A stretch of DNA of 63,067 nucleotides, counting the filler. It is 3 parts of 3 records of this genome, joined end to end, with 100 filler letters (N's around TTAATTAATTAA, not from the genome) between each part and the next. Parts side by side here need not be neighbours in the genome. Positions count along the whole stretch, not along the records: positions 53,189 to 63,067 come from DRR723986_8726; 2 more parts are not named here. One strand, written 5' to 3'. Positions 59,787-63,067 of the stretch are shown here, piece by piece. Numbering within the stretch: the first letter of the stretch is position 1; each line of letters begins with the position of its first letter. The notes beneath the pieces were generated by a model that was given only the letters and a program-made list of their open reading frames with translations, made no database searches and was not told the origin of the DNA. Both the position numbers and the translations under genes were made by a program.

Positions 59787-59827
59787 TCCCGCATTTGAGC
59801 CCCAGTGACTTGAATGTGGGATTTTTT
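59787..59827 (+). terminator. Terminator/attenuator between rpmH and rnpA
   Basis: 13-bp stem TCCCGCATTTGAG / CTTGAATGTGGGA (three G-U pairs) followed by TTTTTT. Confidence 0.7.
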
Positions 59828-59875
59828 CGTAAAAGTGGTTACGCCGCCTCATGATTCAGGCAGGGGGCATGGCTT

Positions 59876-60385
59876 ATGCAAGTTCGGCCACTCAAAGGCT
59901 ACGGTTCTTTTGACAAAGTAATTCGGCGGGGACACAAGGTGTTTCACCGCGGCATTGTTGCATTTGTACACTTAATTCCCGAAGCGGAGCGCGGCTCAGC
60001 TACCAGCGGAATCGTGCGTCTGGGCGTGACCTGCAAAAAACGCACGCGCCCGGCAGTAATGCGCAACCGCATTAAACGTCTGCTGCGTCAAAGTGTACAT
60101 GATCTGTGTACCGAACAGCCGCAGCCGGATTTCTGGCAAGGCTGGCCCGTCCAGGAAATCGTTCTTGTCTGGACGGCAATTCCGGGGCGCCCCAAGCTGC
60201 TGCGCGCAGCGGAAGTGCGTCAGGCAGTGGCAGCCGTGCTGAGCAAAGCCGCCAACAACTATCAGTATGCCGGTGAACGGCGCAGAAAATTTGCGCGCCG
60301 CACAATAGCTGATAGTCAGGGTGCAGATAGTTCGGGACCACAAGACGGTGACGCTCCGGCATCCTCCGGGGAACATGAGGCCTGA
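59876..60385 (+). CDS. rnpA: Ribonuclease P protein component
   Basis: RLGVTCKK and the RNR motif [12 protein letters not shown]; position between rpmH and yidD. Confidence 0.88.
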   Translation: MQVRPLKGYGSFDKVIRRGHKVFHRGIVAFVHLIPEAERGSATSGIVRLGVTCKKRTRPAVMRNRIKRLLRQSVHDLCTEQPQPDFWQGWPVQEIVLVWTAIPGRPKLLRAAEVRQAVAAVLSKAANNYQYAGERRRKFARRTIADSQGADSSGPQDGDAPASSGEHEA

Positions 60386-60392
60386 TGCTGCG

Positions 60393-60686
60393 ATGAAACA
60401 TGTGGCGATTATTCTCATTCAAGCCTACCAGCGATTTATTTCGCCACTGCTCCCCAATTCTTGTCGTTTTTATCCAACCTGTTCACAATACACCCTTGAG
60501 GCTATCCGTGGGCATGGTTTTATTCGCGGTACGTGGTTAGGCATCAAACGCATCAGCCGCTGCCAGCCATTTTGTGCCGGTGGACACGATCCAGTACCGC
60601 CGCCGCGAGCAAAAACAACGCAGTCCAACACGGCAGACGGACAGCAGCAGCAAGCCGAACAGCAGTCAGACCTGGAGTCCCCGTGA
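60393..60686 (+). CDS. yidD: Membrane protein insertion efficiency factor
   Basis: [25 protein letters not shown]...[14 protein letters not shown]. Confidence 0.95.
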   Translation: MKHVAIILIQAYQRFISPLLPNSCRFYPTCSQYTLEAIRGHGFIRGTWLGIKRISRCQPFCAGGHDPVPPPRAKTTQSNTADGQQQQAEQQSDLESP

Positions 60687-60814
60687 CGCCATCCCAGGCA
60701 CCGCGCCGCTCGGCAGTCAGCCCAAAAATTTTCCGCAGATAATGACAATGATTCCAGCACCGGCCTGCCTTCCGGCATTCCGGTCACATTGCCAACTAAC
60801 ATCGACACAACTTC

Positions 60815-62728
60815 ATGGATAAACGTCCAGTTATTGGTTTTGCCATGATCATCGCCCTGCTGATGGTCTGGATGATGTACAATTCATCCCAGCAAACACC
60901 CAAGCCGCAGGAGCCGCAAAACGCGACTGCCAACATCGAAGAATCAGCCACAGAGCCGCAGTCCTCAGGCTTTGATCCCCTGCCGGGTGCGGACGCGGAC
61001 TTTGGCGCCGTAGAAAACTCACTCAAAAATGATGTGCAGCACTACGATTCCGTACTGCAGCAGCGCGCACAGGGTGCCGACCGGATCGTTACGATTGAGA
61101 ACGATCTCTACCGCATCAAACTCAACGCGCGTGGCGGTGTGTTTAAGGAATGGACGCTCAAAAATTACCTCAACTGGTCGCAGGAAGAACAGGTCCAGCT
61201 GATTCCCTATGAGGAATCACCTGGCGTCTTTGGTGTGTCGTTCTCGACGCGCCAGGCCGGCAATGTTGACACTCGCAACCTCTACTTTGACATTGAACAC
61301 AAATTTGACAGCGATAAAATCATTCTGGGCGAAGGTGACTCAATATCGGTTCGCGCCGTTTTGCCGCTCGCTACAGGTGGTCGCATCGTCAAAGAGTTTG
61401 TCTTCCGTCACGGTAGCTATGCTGTCGACGCCGGCGTGCGTGTTGAGAATATGTCGGACCTGATTTACAATCGCTCCGTTAATATCAACTGGGAAAAAGG
61501 CCTGCGCTATCAGGAGCAGAATACGGTTGACGAGTCCAGCTTCGCACGCGCCTTTGTTATCAGTGGTGGCGAGGAAATTAGCCTCGATGCCGATGAGCGT
61601 GATGAGGTCCTGAAGGAAAAGTCCAGCGGCACAGTCGATTATGCTGCAATCAAGATCAAGTACTTCACCGCGGCAATGAAAGCGCGCGGCGATGTTAGCG
61701 AAGACGCCACGGTTTATCTGCAAGGCAGCCAGCGCGGCGTTGAACGCGATGGTTATGTTGAAAGTTATGCAATGTCGTATCGCGCGCCGTATCGCAGCGA
61801 AATCGTTGATTATAACTTTACGCTCTTCGTTGGCCCGCTGGATTACGACCGCGTCCACCCACATGGCCTGGAAGCAACGGTTGACTTCGGTTGGGGACCA
61901 ATTGGCTGGATCGGCGAATTCATGATCATGCCATTCTTCCAGCTTGTACACAACTTCATCCCGAACTATGGTATTGCCATTCTGGTGATGTCGCTGTTCC
62001 TGAAGTTGATCCTGGCTCCGCTTTCCTTGCCACAGTTGCGCAACGCTGCCAAACAGCAATTGGTTGCTCCGCTGCTGGCGGAAATGCGCGAGAAGCACGA
62101 TGGTGACATGCAGACGCAGCAGCGCGAGCAGATGCGCATTTTTAATGAACACGGCATAAGTATGATGCCGGGCTGTTTGCCGATGCTCTTGCAGATGCCG
62201 ATTCTCTACGCGCTTTACGTGCTCTTCCAGTCGGCCATCGACTTGCGGCAGGCACCTTTCGTTGGGTGGATTTTCGACCTCTCGCGTCCAGACATTATGG
62301 TGGATCTCGGCTTCAAGCTGCCGCTTCTTGGTCTCGATCACATCTCAGGTCTGGCCCTCGCAATGGGTGTCACGATGTTTATCCAGCAGAAGATGACGAT
62401 CACGGATCCGCGCCAGAAGGCGATCATATACATCATGCCTGTCATGCTGACGATCCTGTTTTCTAACTTCCCCGCCGGTCTGAACCTGTATTACTTCATG
62501 TTTAACCTGCTCAGCATTGCGCAGCAGACTTACATCACGAAGTACTCGCCAAATCGGCCGACGCTGGAAGAACTCAAGCGCGCTCCGAAGAAGAAGAGCT
62601 GGATTCAGCAGAAGATGGACGACGCTCAGGCTGTTGCGGCGGCACAGGGACGTCCCGTTCCCGGCCAGAACATCAACAAGCAGTTTGAGAATCCCAACAA
62701 ACGCAAGCGCAAGCGTAAGAAGCGCTAA
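60815..62728 (+). CDS. yidC: Membrane protein insertase YidC
   Basis: N-terminal TM, large periplasmic domain, NYGIAIL, GCLPMLLQMPIL, WI.DLS.PD and PAGLNLYY; basic C-tail. Confidence 0.96.
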   Translation: MDKRPVIGFAMIIALLMVWMMYNSSQQTPKPQEPQNATANIEESATEPQSSGFDPLPGADADFGAVENSLKNDVQHYDSVLQQRAQGADRIVTIENDLYRIKLNARGGVFKEWTLKNYLNWSQEEQVQLIPYEESPGVFGVSFSTRQAGNVDTRNLYFDIEHKFDSDKIILGEGDSISVRAVLPLATGGRIVKEFVFRHGSYAVDAGVRVENMSDLIYNRSVNINWEKGLRYQEQNTVDESSFARAFVISGGEEISLDADERDEVLKEKSSGTVDYAAIKIKYFTAAMKARGDVSEDATVYLQGSQRGVERDGYVESYAMSYRAPYRSEIVDYNFTLFVGPLDYDRVHPHGLEATVDFGWGPIGWIGEFMIMPFFQLVHNFIPNYGIAILVMSLFLKLILAPLSLPQLRNAAKQQLVAPLLAEMREKHDGDMQTQQREQMRIFNEHGISMMPGCLPMLLQMPILYALYVLFQSAIDLRQAPFVGWIFDLSRPDIMVDLGFKLPLLGLDHISGLALAMGVTMFIQQKMTITDPRQKAIIYIMPVMLTILFSNFPAGLNLYYFMFNLLSIAQQTYITKYSPNRPTLEELKRAPKKKSWIQQKMDDAQAVAAAQGRPVPGQNINKQFENPNKRKRKRKKR

Positions 62729-62755
62729 TCGCCGTTCAACTATCAAGTATTCATC

Positions 62756-62789
62756 AGCAGCCGAAAGCAATTTCGGCTGTTTTTGTTTT
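62756..62789 (+). terminator. Intrinsic terminator after yidC
   Basis: AGCAGCCGAAA-gcaa-TTTCGGCTGTT followed by TTTGTTTT. Confidence 0.85.
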
Positions 62790-63067
62790 AAAGCCTTAAG
62801 GTGCATTTGCTTTGCCGTCCGGGACTTGTGGCCGAGGGTATTCACGACCGTTCACATCGAATTCCGGGCCGTTTGGGCATGGATTACTGTCGCTTCACTT
62901 TTTGTCTGATTGACTTCCGGATCATTTGTTTTAGACTTGTAGTGGCAGCCTGAGAATCGATGTGGGGCTGTGCGACGCTGGTCCTGTGCTTAGGGGCATG
63001 GGGCTCTTCAGGATTGAGTTTTTTAGCCTGTATTTGTACAGGGTGGGAGGCGTGTGTGCTGGAGGAA

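Noticed and set aside
61340-62341. 333-aa minus-strand ORF
   Set aside because: Antisense shadow of yidC.
62884-63066. Minus-strand open frame running off the window end
   Set aside because: Only ~60 codons with no recognisable motif; it may be the tail of a convergent gene but cannot be supported.

Overview
The window is three unrelated contigs joined by two artificial 100-nt spacers (44 N + TTAATTAATTAA + 44 N; 25915-26014 and 53089-53188), so nothing should be read as linked across the gaps. Taxonomy is inferred from gene content only. Contig 1 (1-25914) looks planctomycete (Pirellulales-like). It carries a DUF1571 protein, pckA, tex, a beta-helix protein, two SulP transporters, a beta-carbonic anhydrase, phytase plus a double-EEP enzyme, a stand-alone 5'-3' exonuclease, two sugar-nucleotide epimerases, tilS, SIMPL and PQQ-propeller proteins. 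Contig 2 (26015-53088) is Rhodobacteraceae/Roseobacter-like housekeeping DNA: KpsT-like ATPase, UDG, apt, mtnP, trmL, SulP, lysC-ptsP, MsbA-like exporter, aminotransferases, LpxO-like hydroxylase and valS. Contig 3 (53189-63067) looks FCB-group (Ignavibacteria/Chlorobi-like), with a sigma54-driven flgB-flgC-orf-fliE-fliF-fliG-fliH cluster divergent from rpmH-rnpA-yidD-yidC. The best candidate for an undescribed system is a SulP/SLC26 transporter with an SbtB-type PII-like domain fused to its C-terminus (9342-11321), lying near a carbonic anhydrase + BicA-like SulP operon. Other leads are an unannotated RHH/small-ORF module with a palindromic operator, a 14-bp G-rich tandem array and an extra ORF inside the flagellar operon, and several structured intergenic elements. 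No CRISPR array, rRNA, tRNA or transposase was recognised.
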